64,000 nucleotides of DNA from Macrostomum lignano (lineage: Eukaryota). This document shows positions 36,328-48,128 of this stretch, piece after piece. How positions within the stretch are numbered: position 1 is the stretch's first letter; the number at the start of each line of letters is the position of its first letter. The DNA lies in the NCBI GenBank assembly GCA_002269645.1, contig NIVC01003776.1, positions 1 through 64,000 on the forward strand. The letters are read 5' to 3'. Below the pieces are notes generated by a model. That model searched no databases and had not been told where the DNA came from. It saw nothing but the letters and a program-made list of their open reading frames with translations. A program made the position numbers and the translations under genes.

Positions 36328-39300
36328 TAGAGCTAATGTAATTCCCCAGCCGTCTACAGTTCCCCAGCTGTCTTCAATTCCCCAGCTGTCTACAATTCCC
36401 CAGCTGTCTACAATTCCCCAGCTGTCTACAATTCCCCAGCTGTCTACAATTCCCCAGCTGTCTACAATTCCCCAGCCGTCTACAGTTCCCCAGCTGTCTT
36501 CAATTCCCCAGCTGTCTACAATTCCCCAGCTGTCTACAATTCCCCAGCTGTCTACAATTCCCCAGCTGTCTACAATTCCCCAGCTGTCTACAATTCCCCA
36601 GCTTTCTACAATTCCCTAGCTGTCTATAATTCCCTCAGCATGTCAGAACAGTTCCCTCAGCATGTCAGAACAGTTCCCTCAGCATGTCAGAAGAGTTCCC
36701 TCTGCATGTCAGAACAGTTCCCTCAGCATGTCAGAACAGTTCCCTCTGCATGTCAGAACAGTTCCCTCAGCATGTCAGAACAGTTCCCTCAGCATGTCAG
36801 AAAAGTTCCCTCAGCATGTCAGAAAAGTTCCCTCTGCATGTCAGAACAGTTCCCTCAGCATGTCAGAACAGTTCCCTCAGCATGTCAGAAAAGTTCCCTC
36901 TGCATGTCAGAACAGTTCCCTCAGCATGTCAGAACAATTCCCTCAGCATGTCAGAACAGTTTCCTCAGCATGTCAGAACAGTTCCCTCAGCATGTCAGAA
37001 CAGTTCCCTCAGTATGTCAGAACAATTCCCTCAGCATGTCAGAACAGTTCCCTCAGCATGTCAGAACAGTTCCCTCTGCATGTCAGAACAGTTTCCTCTG
37101 CATGTCAGAACGGCTCCCTCAGCATGTCAGAACGGCTCCCTCAGCATGTCAGAACGGCTCCCTTAACATGTCTGCTGCCTTCAGGAAAATCTTTCCACTT
37201 TTCAGCTGAGCCTGATGAAGCGCTGTCAGCCAAGGAAAATCCTCTGAAAGACAAAGACGTTTCGAAAAAGCCCGGTAAGACGCCAGATTTAAAGACTCCC
37301 TGTGCATGTCAGAACAGTTCAATTCAGCATGTCAGAGCAGTTCCCTCTGCATGTCAGAACAGTTCAATTCAGCATGTCAGAACAATTCCCTCTGCATGTC
37401 AGAACAGTTCAATTCAGCATGTCAGAACAGTTCCCTCTGCATGTCAGAACAGTTCAATTCAGCATGTCAGAACAGCTCCCTCTGCATGTCAGCTGCATTC
37501 AGGATATACCTGCCACTTTTCAGCTAAGTCGGCTGCAGCTCCGGTTATTAAGAAGGATCCACCGAAAGACGAGAGCACTTCCAAAAATCCCGGTAGGACG
37601 CCAGATTTAGTGTTCAATTGCAAATTTCTTGCTTCGGTAGAGTCATTAAGCTGGTATATAAACTGTCTCTATTAAATCATTTCAATTGTCTTCATGTCAT
37701 AAATTATCCCACTTTGAAACAGATGCATTTTCCTTAGCATGTCAAGACATTTCCTTGTCCATGTCATGACAGTTTTGCATTAGCAGATCTTAGAATTAAT
37801 TGTTCGCATGCACCCTGTAACTGATGCAAATCGCTATCATCAAACTCTGCTCAGTTTTGGTTTAATTGTCCCCAACTATTTCAGTCCAATCTTTCAATGG
37901 TATTGGCTGCTACCTCACAACGAATAAAGTGAATAATGAAGTGAAACTGGAACTAAAGCAAAATATTAAAATGTCGCACCGCGTTTGCGCTCTTGAGTGT
38001 GCCAGGAAAAGTCCCTTAAAGAGATACAAATACTTCGGCCTCGCCAATGGAGAAAACTGCCTGTGTGCATCGGAACTGCCTAGGAACGCAATCAAAGTCG
38101 ATAACCCTGAAGTACATTGTTCGTATCGCTGCCCAGGAAATCACCTGCAATCGTGCGGTGGCGAGAATGCAGCAGCGTATTTCAGCGTCAGCACAACACT
38201 GTCTTCTATGAGAAAAGGTAATTAGATTGATTGACACAGAGCTAAGGCTGCTTATATTAGTGATGTTCTCAAGTAAAGTCCAATCACAACTTTACCATTC
38301 CAGATAAATTCGAGCAGGGAGCGAAGGTCTATCCGGTTATTCCAGGTGAATTAAACTTGAAGCTTGTCAGTCGCATAATCTGTCTCATTACAATTAACTA
38401 TTATAATCTTATGCGGATCTCATCCGCATGCACTTGTGCTCACTTGTTATTCATTTTCATTTTTAGCTTCAGATTCTCTGAAATGCTACGAAAATCGTCG
38501 TAAATTGACAAAGGTGTTGCAAAGCGATGATGAGATGTCGCACCTTGTTTGCGCCTCCGAGTGTGTTAGGCGTGATCTCTACGGGAAAAAATTCAAATAT
38601 TTCGCCATCACCGATTCCGACACTTGCTTCTGTGCATCGACATTACCCACTTCAACGGAGAAAACAAAAAATACCTATTGTTCGTATCGGTGCCCAGGAA
38701 ATCACAATCAGTCATGCGGGGCAGACCACAAGATAGCGTATTTCAACCTGAGCTCAACAACTGTTCCTCCAGAAAAAGGCAAGATTTTTGTCATATTACT
38801 GCCTGTGCATGAGCTGCTTCTGTTTCGAATGGAAACTGCTTTTCACAAACTACCAAAAGTTCCAAAGACGCTCTTCATATCCAGCTGTCTACAATTCCCC
38901 AGCTGTCTACAGTTCCCCAGCTGTCTACAGTTCCCCAACTGTCTCGATTCCCCAGCTGTCTACCATTCCCTTGCTGTCTACAATTCCCCAGCTGTCTACA
39001 ATTCCCCAGCTGTCTCGATTCCCCAGCTGTCTACAATTCCCCTGCTGTCTACAGTTCCCCAGCTGTCTACAGTTCCCCAACTGTCTACAATTCCCCAGCT
39101 GTCTACAGTTCCCCAGCTGTCTACCATTCCCCAACTGTCTACCATTCCCCAACTGTCTACCATTCCCCAGCTGTCTACAATTCCCCAACTGTCTACCATT
39201 CCCCAGCTGTCTACAATTCCCCAGCTGTCTACAATTCCCCAGCTGTCTACAATTCCCCAGCTGTCTACAATTCCCCAGCTGTCTACAATTCCCCAGCTGT

Positions 39301-42300
39301 CTACCATTCCCCTGCTGTCTACAATTCCCCAGCTGTCTACAATTCCCCAGCTGTCTACCATTCACCAGCCGAACTTTCCATCTATCTTCCCAGCTGCAGC
39401 CGAGTTGCATTTTAAATCCTATCCGTCTATCAGTTTTCTCTCACTGATCTCTATCTGTAATTTTTTGCCCGCTTTGCCGTCTCTTGTCTTCTCTGTGGTG
39501 CATATCTCATTGCTTTTATTTGCTCCAGGATTAATTTGCCTGCTCTAATTTTCTATTATTCAGATAAATACGAGCAGGGAATGATGATACTTCCTGCGTT
39601 CACACTGGGTAAGTTACGATCTGAGTTACGTATTTCGGCGGTTTGAGCTGCTCTTACTTAAATTAATTTGTTTTAACCATTTCAGGTAACTTCCCTTTAG
39701 CCGGGTGCCTTTCTTTGCATCCTGGTTATATGATAAAAACTGTGCTGAACAAAAAAGTGATGACATATAGAGATTGCGCTCAAGAGTGTGTCAGAAAGGA
39801 TTTCTACGAGACTTACAAATACTTTGCCATTCAGAATATTAGGAAATGCTTGTGTGCAAAAAAAAATACCTACGTCTGGGCATGGCGTTTCTAAAGTAGA
39901 TGATAAACTGTGTAAAAGTCATTGTCCTATAGGCTCAAACGAGTATTGCGGAAGTCAAGGGCTTACGGCGTTTTTCAAGCTAACCCTACGAAAGCCAGGC
40001 AAGTATTCGGTGGCATCGCCGCCTTTCATGATAATAATTTTGCCCAATCCAACTGCAGCACATTACTTAATTTAATAATTAAGCATTTACTTAACTATCT
40101 GGTATCCATGCAGTAAATGCACCAGCTAATTCTCCCACGTGTCTACAATTCCCCAGTTGTCTACTCCTCCTCAGCTGAATACGATTCCCCAACTGTCTAC
40201 AATTCCCCACTTGAGTACAATTCCCCAGTTAACTACAATTCCCTAGCTGTCTACAATTCCCCAGCTGACTACAATTCCCCAGCTAACTACAATTCCCCAG
40301 CTAACTACAATTCCCCAGCTGACTACAATTCCCCTGCTAACTACAATTCCCCAGCTGACTACAATGTGGGCCAATTTCAATTACGAATTATATACGACTG
40401 ACTGCACATCAGAATATCAACTCATTTTGCACCCCTGTCCTATCCAGACTTATCCAGATTTGCAACTTCCGATATGGAATCTGCAGGTAAGACTTCAACT
40501 GCAGAGTTGATTTTAGACTTTTAAAACCATCAATTCATCATCTTTTTAATCAGTGTGTTTACTTGTCAGTTCAGCGTTTGACTTCTGCAGTTCCATTATG
40601 GCCCTTATATGTAGTTCTAATTTTAAAAAGTTGTAAGCGCAAGCTCTTAACGAATTTCGCTATTTTCCGCCGAGTACTGATCCACACTGCATCGTCATTA
40701 GCTCAGAATATCAATTCACTTCAACCCCTCTGCCCCTCCAGGCGAGTCCAAAAGTGGTCTGCAAACTCCAGATCCGAGATCGCACAGCGTCACAGCAAAT
40801 CCAAGTGAGCTCAGCTGCAGAGTTGTTTTTAACCTGGCTGCACTTTTCCCTCAGCATGTCAGAACAGTTCCCTCAGCATGTCAGAACAGTTCCCTCAGCA
40901 TGTCAGAACAGTTCCCTCAGTAAGTCAGAACAGTTCCCTCAGCATGTCAGAACAGTTTCCTTAGCATATCAGAACAGTTCCCTCAGCATGCCACAACAAT
41001 TCCCTCAGCATGTCAGAACAGTTCCCTCAGCATGCCAGAACAGTTCCCTCAGCAAGTCAGAACAGTTCTCTCAGCATGTCAGAACAGTTCCCTCAGCATG
41101 CCAGAACAGTTCCCTCAGCAAGTCAGAACAGTTCTCTCAGCATGTCAGAACAGTTCCCTCAGTATGTCAGAACAATTCCCTCAGCATGTCAGAAAAACTC
41201 CTATATTGATGTAATGCTTTTCATGCAACATTTGACCACTTTTCCCCAACGGTTGCAGGAGATCCCATAGGATGCTATTCAATATACCAAGGCTATCCGA
41301 TGGCAAAGCTGGAACTAATCGAAAAAGAAAAAATGTCGCACCGCGTTTGCGCTTTCGAGTGTCGCAAGAAAAATGCCTTGAAGAAATTCAAATACTTTAG
41401 CCTCGCCTTCGGTGACAGCTGCCTGTGTGCATCGGAACTGCCCCACGACTCGTACAGGCTGAGTATCGAGAAAGATTGTTCGATCCGCTGCCCAGCAAGT
41501 CACATGGAGTCGTGCGGTGGAGAAAGTGGAGCGGCGTATTTTAGCCTGAGCACAATAACCAACTCGCCGAACATTGGTAAGCTGTTGGCAAATTCGATTG
41601 GAAACTGAGACTGCTGAAGGTCACTTGCCAATTCTTGATCTTCTTGCAATTTACCTTACGATTTCAGATAAATTCGAGCAGGGAGTGAAGGTCTATCCGG
41701 TTATTCCAGGTGAATTAAACTTGAAGCTTGTCAGTCGCATAATCTGTCTCATTACAATTAACTATTATAATCTTATGCGGATCTCATCCGCATGCACTTG
41801 TGCTCACTTGTTATTCATTTTCATTTTTAGCTTCAGATTCTCTGAAATGCTACGAAAATCGTCGTAAATTGACAAAGGTGTTGCAAAGCGATGATGAGAT
41901 GTCGCACCTTGTTTGCGCCTCCGAGTGTGTTAGGCGTGATCTCTACGGGAAAAAATTCAAATATTTCGCCATCACCGATTCCGACACTTGCTTCTGTGCA
42001 TCGACATTACCCACTTCAACGGAGAAAACAAAAAATACCTTTTGTTCGTATCGGTGCCCAGGAAATCACAATCAGTCATGCGGGGCAGACCACAAGATAG
42101 CGTATTTCAGCCTGAGCTCAACAACTGTTCCTCCAGAAAAAGGCAAGAATTTTGTCATATTACTGCCTGTGCATGAGCTGCTTCTGTTTCGAATGGAAAC
42201 TGCTTTTCACAAACTACCAAAAGTTCCAAAGACGCTCTTCATATCCAGCTGTCTACAATTCCCCAGCTGTCTACAGTTCCCCAACTGTCTACAGTTCCCC

Positions 42301-44429
42301 AGCTGTCTACAATTCCCCAGCTGTCTACAGTTCCCCAGCTGTCTACCATTCCCCAACTGTCTACAGTTCCCCAGCTGTCTGCCATTCCCCAACTGTCTAC
42401 AGTTCCCCAGCTGTCTACCATTCCCCAGCTGTCTACAATTCCCCAGCTGTCTACAATTCCCCAGCTGTCTACAGTTCCCCCAGCTGTCTACAATTCCCCA
42501 ACTGTCTACAATTCCCCAGCTGTCTACAATTCCCCAGCTGTCTACAACTCCCCGGCAGTCTACCATTCCCCAACTGTCTACAGTTCCCCCAGCTGTCTAC
42601 AATTCCCCAGCTGTCTACAATTCCCCAACTGTCTACAATTCCCCAGCTGTCTACAATTCCCCGGCAGTCTACCATTCCCCAACTGTCTAAAACTCCCCAG
42701 CTGTCTACAATTCCCCAACTGTCTACAATTCCCCAGCTGTCTACAATTCCCCAGCTGTCTACAATTCCCCAGCTGTCTACAGTTCCCCAGCTGTCTACAA
42801 TTCCCCAGCTGTCTACAGCTCCCCCAGCTGTCTACAATTCCCCCAGCTGTCTACAATTTCCCTGCTGTCTACAATTCCCCAGCTGTCTACAATTCCCCAG
42901 CTGTCTACAATTCCCCAGCTTTCTACAATTCCCCAGCTGTCTACAGTTCCCCAGCTGTCTACAACTCCCCAGCTGTCTACCCTTCCCCAACTGTCTACAA
43001 TTCCCCAGCTGTCTACAATTCCCCAGCTGTCTACAATTCCCCAGCTGTCTACCATTCCCCTGCTGTCTACAATTCCCCAGCTGTCTACCATTCCCCTGCT
43101 GTCTACAATTCCCCAGCTGTCTACCATTCCCCAGCTGTCTACCATTCCCCTGCTGTCTACAATTCCCCGGCAGTCTACAATTCCCCAGCTGTCTACCATT
43201 CCCCTGCTGTCTACAATTCCCCAGCTGTCTACAATTCCCCAGCTGTCTACCATTCCCCTGCTGTCTACAATTCCCCAGCTGTCTACAATTCCCCAGCTGT
43301 CTACAATTCCCCAGCTGTCTACCATTCCCCAGCTGTCTACCATTCCCCTGCTGTCTACAATTCCCCAGCTGTCTACAATTCCCCAGCTGTCTACCATTCC
43401 CTTGCTGTCTACAATTCCCCAGCTGTCTACAATTCCCCAGCTGTCTCGATTCCCCAGCTGTCTACAATTCCCCTGCTGTCTACAGTTCCCCAGCTGTCTA
43501 CAGTTCCCCAACTGTCTACAATTCCCCAGCTGTCTACAGTTCCCCAGCTGTCTACCATTCCCCAACTGTCTACCATTCCCCAACTGTCTACCATTCCCCA
43601 GCTGTCTACAATTCCCCAACTGTCTACCATTCCCCAGCTGTCTACAATTCCCCAGCTGTCTACAATTCCCCAGCTGTCTACAATTCCCCAGCTGTCTACA
43701 ATTCCCCAGCTGTCTACAATTCCCCAGCTGTCTACCATTCCCCTGCTGTCTACAATTCCCCAGCTGTCTACAATTCCCCAGCTGTCTACCATTCACCAGC
43801 CGAACTTTCCATCTATCTTCCCAGCTGCAGCCGAGTTGCATTTTAAATCCTATCCGTCTATCAGTTTTCTCTCACTGATCTCTATCTGTAATTTTTTGCC
43901 CGCTTTGCCGTCTCTTGTCTTCTCTGTGGTGCATATCTCATTGCTTTTATTTGCTCCAGGATTAATTTGCCTGCTCTAATTTTCTATTATTCAGATAAAT
44001 ACGAGCAGGGAATGATGATACTTCCTGCGTTCACACTGGGTAAGTTACGATCTGAGTTACGTATTTCGGCGGTTTGAGCTGCTCTTACTTAAATTAATTT
44101 GTTTTAACCATTTCAGGTAACTTCCCTTTAGCCGGGTGCCTTTCTTTGCATCCTGGTTATATGATAAAAACTGTGCTGAACAAAAAAGTGATGACATATA
44201 GAGATTGCGCTCAAGAGTGTGTCAGAAAGGATTTCTACGAGACTTACAAATACTTTGCCATTCAGAATATTAGGAAATGCTTGTGTGCAAAAAAAAATAC
44301 CTACGTCTGGGCATGGCGTTTCTAAAGTAGATGATAAACTGTGTAAAAGTCATTGTCCTATAGGCTCAAACGAGTATTGCGGAAGTCAAGGGCTTACGGC
44401 GTTTTTCAAGCTAACCCTACGAAAGCCAG
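34853..44429 (+). CDS. Secreted multi-WSC-domain protein (signal peptide, acidic/Pro linker mini-exons, six WSC domains); 3' end unresolved
   Basis: Exons on +: 34853-34931 (MLRTVLLLFCMSAAIYGALSCS, signal peptide), 35016-35081, 35366-35434, 35995-36081, 37206-37274, 37524-37592, 37885-38217 (WSC1), 38304-38345, 38467-38778 (WSC2), 39564-39608, 39686-39998 (WSC3), 40448-40486, 40742-40804, 41259-41576 (WSC4), 41668-41709, 41831-42142 (WSC5), 43995-44039, 44117-44429 (WSC6); possible last exon from 45193. WSC pattern: GCY..MSH..CA.EC...YKYFGL..G..CLCAS.....CSYRCPGN..QSCGG....YF. Confidence 0.8.
35215..35812. repeat. 22-bp minisatellite arrays in WSC-gene introns (35215-35335 and 35572-35812)
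   Basis: (CATGTCAGAACAGTTCCCTCAG)n. Confidence 0.9.
36246..36322. repeat. (GA)n microsatellite
   Basis: Pure GA dinucleotide run. Confidence 0.98.
36340..37490. repeat. 18-bp array grading into 22-bp arrays, WSC-gene introns
   Basis: CTGTCTACAATTCCCCAG to about 36635, then CATGTCAGAACAGTTCCCTCAG to about 37165; a variant array follows the mini-exon at 37300-37490. Confidence 0.9.
38881..39362. repeat. 18-bp minisatellite
   Basis: (CTGTCTACAATTCCCCAG)n. Confidence 0.95.
40140..40365. repeat. 18-bp minisatellite variant
   Basis: CTACAATTCCCCAGCTAA/GA units. Confidence 0.9.
40848..41192. repeat. 22-bp minisatellite
   Basis: CATGTCAGAACAGTTCCCTCAG variants. Confidence 0.9.
42244..43793. repeat. 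Expanded 18-bp minisatellite in the duplicated intron
   Basis: (CTGTCTACAATTCCCCAG)n; 1067 bp longer than the paralogous intron (duplicate offsets are 3364 before and 4431 after the array). Confidence 0.95.
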
Positions 44430-44569
44430 GCAAGTATTCGGTGGCATCGCCGCCTTTCATGATAATAATTTTGCCCAATCCAACTGCAGCACATTACTTA
44501 ATTTAATAATTAAGCATTTACTTAACTATCTGGTATCCATGCAGTAAATGCACCAGCTAATTCTCCCAC

Positions 44570-45090
44570 GTGTCTACAATTCCCCAGTTGTCTACTCCTC
44601 CTCAGCTGAATACGATTCCCCAACTGTCTACAATTCCCCACTTGAGTACAATTCCCCAGTTAACTACAATTCCCTAGCTGTCTACAATTCCCCAGCTGAC
44701 TACAATTCCCCAGCTGACTACAATTCCCCAGCTGTCTACAATTCCCCAGCTGTCTACAATTCCCTAATTGAGTAGAATTGAGTACAATGTCTACAATTCC
44801 CTAGCTGTCTACAATTCCCCACTTGAGTACAATTCCCAGCTGTCTACAATTCCCCCAGCTAACTACAATTCCCCCAGCTGTCTACAATTCCCCAGCTAAC
44901 TACAATTCCCCCAGCTAACTACAATTCGCCCAGCTAACTACAATTCCCCAGTTAACTACAATTCCCCAGCTGACTACAATTCCCCCAGCTGTGTACAATT
45001 CCCTAATTGAGTAGAATTTCCCAGCTGACCACAATTGCCCAGCTGTCTACAGTTCCCCCAGATGTCTACAATTCCCCAGCTATCTACGAT
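44570..45090. repeat. 18-bp minisatellite variant
   Basis: CTACAATTCCCCAGCT-based units. Confidence 0.9.
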
Positions 45091-45777
45091 GTCCCTAACA
45101 GTGCGCAAGTATGCACCCCACATTCCCTTGATGTCTACACTCATACTTAAACTGACTGTTAACATCCCATCGCCTTTCGTGACGAATTTCAGACAACTGA
45201 CACAGCCGCTCCGAGGTTCAAGGGAACAGTCCGGTGCTGCACAGAATCAGTCGAGTAACCCATAGCGGACTGACAGTGTTTTATTTTGTAGCCATGCTTT
45301 TTAATTAACTACAAGGAGTTCTGTAAGCCAGCTAATATTTCAGTTCCTTATCTGTAGCCAGGGAATCGTTCCCAAACAGTCGCATGATATTTATTATTGC
45401 TTATCTGAAAATTTCTGTCATTTTTGTTTGCAATCTGTCGTACACTTTACCCATAGCGCCAGTGATTTGACAGCGGAAGTCTGTATGTACTTAGGAGCTA
45501 AAAGATTTAATTTATGCAGTGCGTTAAAACCCAGCTATTTGGCCTACCAATATTTAGTACTGTAGCTCCAGCCAATGGCCTCTTCAGAACTCAAATTTCA
45601 AGCAAACAAGTATTTAAAAGCCCTTTTTCTTGCCTAGCTTAGTAGCCCTGTCGCTCTCTATTTTATATTTCATGCGGCATAATTAAAACCAATAAAATCT
45701 GCGAGCTCGTTCAACAGCTTCTCCAAGTAGTCCGTCTTACTGCCATGTCTGTTTAAATGCATTTCAGAAGCAATTGG

Positions 45778-46285
45778 TAGAGAACTGAAGATGGAGACGG
45801 GAGGGTAGAGAACTGGAGATGGAGACGGGAGGGTAGAGAACTGGAGATGGAGACGGGAGGGTAGAGAACTCGAGATGGAGACGGGAGGGTAGAGAACTAG
45901 AGATGGAGACGGGAGGGTAGAGAACTGGAGATGGAGACGGGAGGGTAGAGAACTGGAGATGGAGACGGGAGGGTAGAGAACTGGAGATGGAGACGGGAGG
46001 GTAGAGAACTCGAGATGGAGACGGGAGGGTAGAGAACTAGAGATGGAGACGGGAGGGTAGAGAACTGGAGATGGAGACGGGAGGGTAGAGAACTCGAGAT
46101 GGAGACGGGAGGGTAGAGAACTGGAGATGGAGACGGGAGGGTAGAGAACTGGAGATGGAGACGGGAGGGTAGAGAACTGGAGATGGAGACGGGAGGGTAG
46201 AGAACTGGAGATGGAGACGGGAGGGTAGAGAACTGGAGATGGAGACGGGAGGGTAGAGAACTAGAGATGGAGACGGGAGGGTAGA
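45778..46285. repeat. 28-bp purine-rich minisatellite
   Basis: (GAGAACTGGAGATGGAGACGGGAGGGTA)n. Confidence 0.95.
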
Positions 46286-46890
46286 GGATGCTGAGTCGGG
46301 TCCGAGAGAAGGGGATTTAGGAAGGGCAATTACATCATCGCTGTCAGAGAAGTCCACCGACAAAAAAGCACCATCCGACATATGCAAGTGCGAATAGAAA
46401 ATGGAAAAGCATTCCTGTCCGGGGCACGCTCAATACAATAGCTATAGTCGTATGATGCGAAGGTCAGGCGCGATGTTTGCAGCCGCGGCATCCGCTGGAC
46501 CATGGCGGACATTGCGTGCTCAGTTCAGCTGCATCATAAAGGCTCGACAGCTTACCGACTATGCGACAGATGCCGCTACCATCAAAGTCGACAATTTGGC
46601 GGCGAATTCGACAGTATTTCGTATTTCCTGGGATTTGCAACTTGACAGCTAGCTACTAGGCCGGGATTAAGGTCGTTGCACTGAGTCAACCCAGAGGGCT
46701 CATCTTTCCAAACTTTTGACACTGCAAACCCTTTTTTACGTCAACGTGTAACCGTGAGCCAGTCTACGTCGTGGACATCTCACATTGCATGAAAAATGCT
46801 AGAAACACCCTGATGATTGTTTCATTTATTTTGATTATTTAGAGGTTAGGGGCTGTCAGGGACTACTCAATTGAGTAGTCCCTGAGGGCT

Positions 46891-47208
46891 GTGTGCACCC
46901 TGGCGCACTTTAAGCGACATTGTCACTTAACCGGCGAGAGGCATTACTGCCTATTCTGTCGACTACCCTGAGCAGGCACACAAACACGCGGATACGTACG
47001 CAGTCATACGCACAGGCACACAGTCACACAGGAGTGTACAGCGGCCCTAACTTTATTTATCACTGTGCCTTGGAGCTAGGTGACCCTTAAGCTGGGCGGT
47101 AATTATACGAGCAGAGCCAAGTCGAGATTCCTTGTTAGCCCCAACTCAATGTGACTGCACTTGGAATCGAGCCTGGGCCGCTGGCATATCAGAGCACTGC
47201 GCTAGCCA
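46891..47208 (-). mobile_element. tRNA-derived SINE, family A copy
   Basis: Homologous to 404-724; B box (plus strand GGAATCGAGCC) present at about 47163-47173. Confidence 0.75.
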
Positions 47209-47690
47209 TATGATACATGGCGTTTGTTTCTTTCTTTAAACTGTTTATTTCTTACAAAACGTGAGTCAAATAAATAGAATGTGTAGAAATTAAGTGCAAA
47301 ACAGCATAAATTCGAAATGAATTGCATTGATAGATACAGTGGAACGATATGTTCTTTTGATGGGTCTCGGGTCTATTTTGCTTGGCATGCGCTTTCGTTG
47401 TGGACACGATGCACTTTTTATTGTTAACGGAGACTCTCAAAAACTTTGTGAGGCATTGTTGCGTTGTCACTCAGGCACCTTGAGCGACATTACATGGACT
47501 GGTACCCCAGTTTGCAAACAGCTGTACATTGTTTTTGATATTTTAGCTCGTATTATGATATAACAAACATTATAATGAACGCATCTAGTGAGAAATTGAG
47601 GAGTTCAAATATATGAAATCGTGCAGAAAATATTTTAGCTCCTACGAGTACAAAATTTACTCGGTTACTTTACATGGCTTACCCAGGTTT

Positions 47691-47980
47691 GTAGCCTAGT
47701 GGTTAGAGTCACGGACTCTCGACTGGAAGGTCGGGGGTTCGGTTCTGGATTCACCAGGAACAATTTGTGTCCTTGAGCAAGACATTTACTCTGCATTGCT
47801 TCAGTTCACCTAGTTGTAAAATGGGCACCAATATTGCTGGGGCTATTGATGGTGTGTGTGGCGACCCCACCCCCATTCCTTGCACTGAACAGCCGTACGC
47901 AGCCTTCAGATGCGCCGTGCAATAGCAGCGGCTGAGCTGTCGGTTGCACATCTGCCCATTAGGGCAGGTTTAAGCAATTA
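47691..47980 (+). mobile_element. tRNA-derived SINE, family B, with a CORE-like central domain
   Basis: A box TAGCCTAGTGG (47692-47702), B-box-like GGTTCGGTTCT (47736-47746), TTCACCA, then GTGTCCTTGAGCAAGACATTTACTCTGCATTGCTTCAGTTCACCTAGTTGTAAAATGGG, which resembles the MIR/CORE-type motif. An internally deleted copy lies at 52551-52612. Confidence 0.8.
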
Positions 47981-48128
47981 CTATTAAAATTAAAAAAACT
48001 CTAGCGTCACACCTGTGACGACGTGATTGAGTACGAACTGTGCGCCGACCTGTCGCAGGTGCAAACGTCTGGTCGACTGCTGCTGGCTCTCCGGGCTCCG
48101 TTAACGTAGCCTCCAACCATGCCGCGAT

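Noticed and set aside
45731-45765. Spliced-leader-like sequence CCGTCTTACTGC...ATGC
   Set aside because: Only about 10 nt resemble my recollection of flatworm leaders; there is no ATG|GT donor or Sm site in the expected arrangement.
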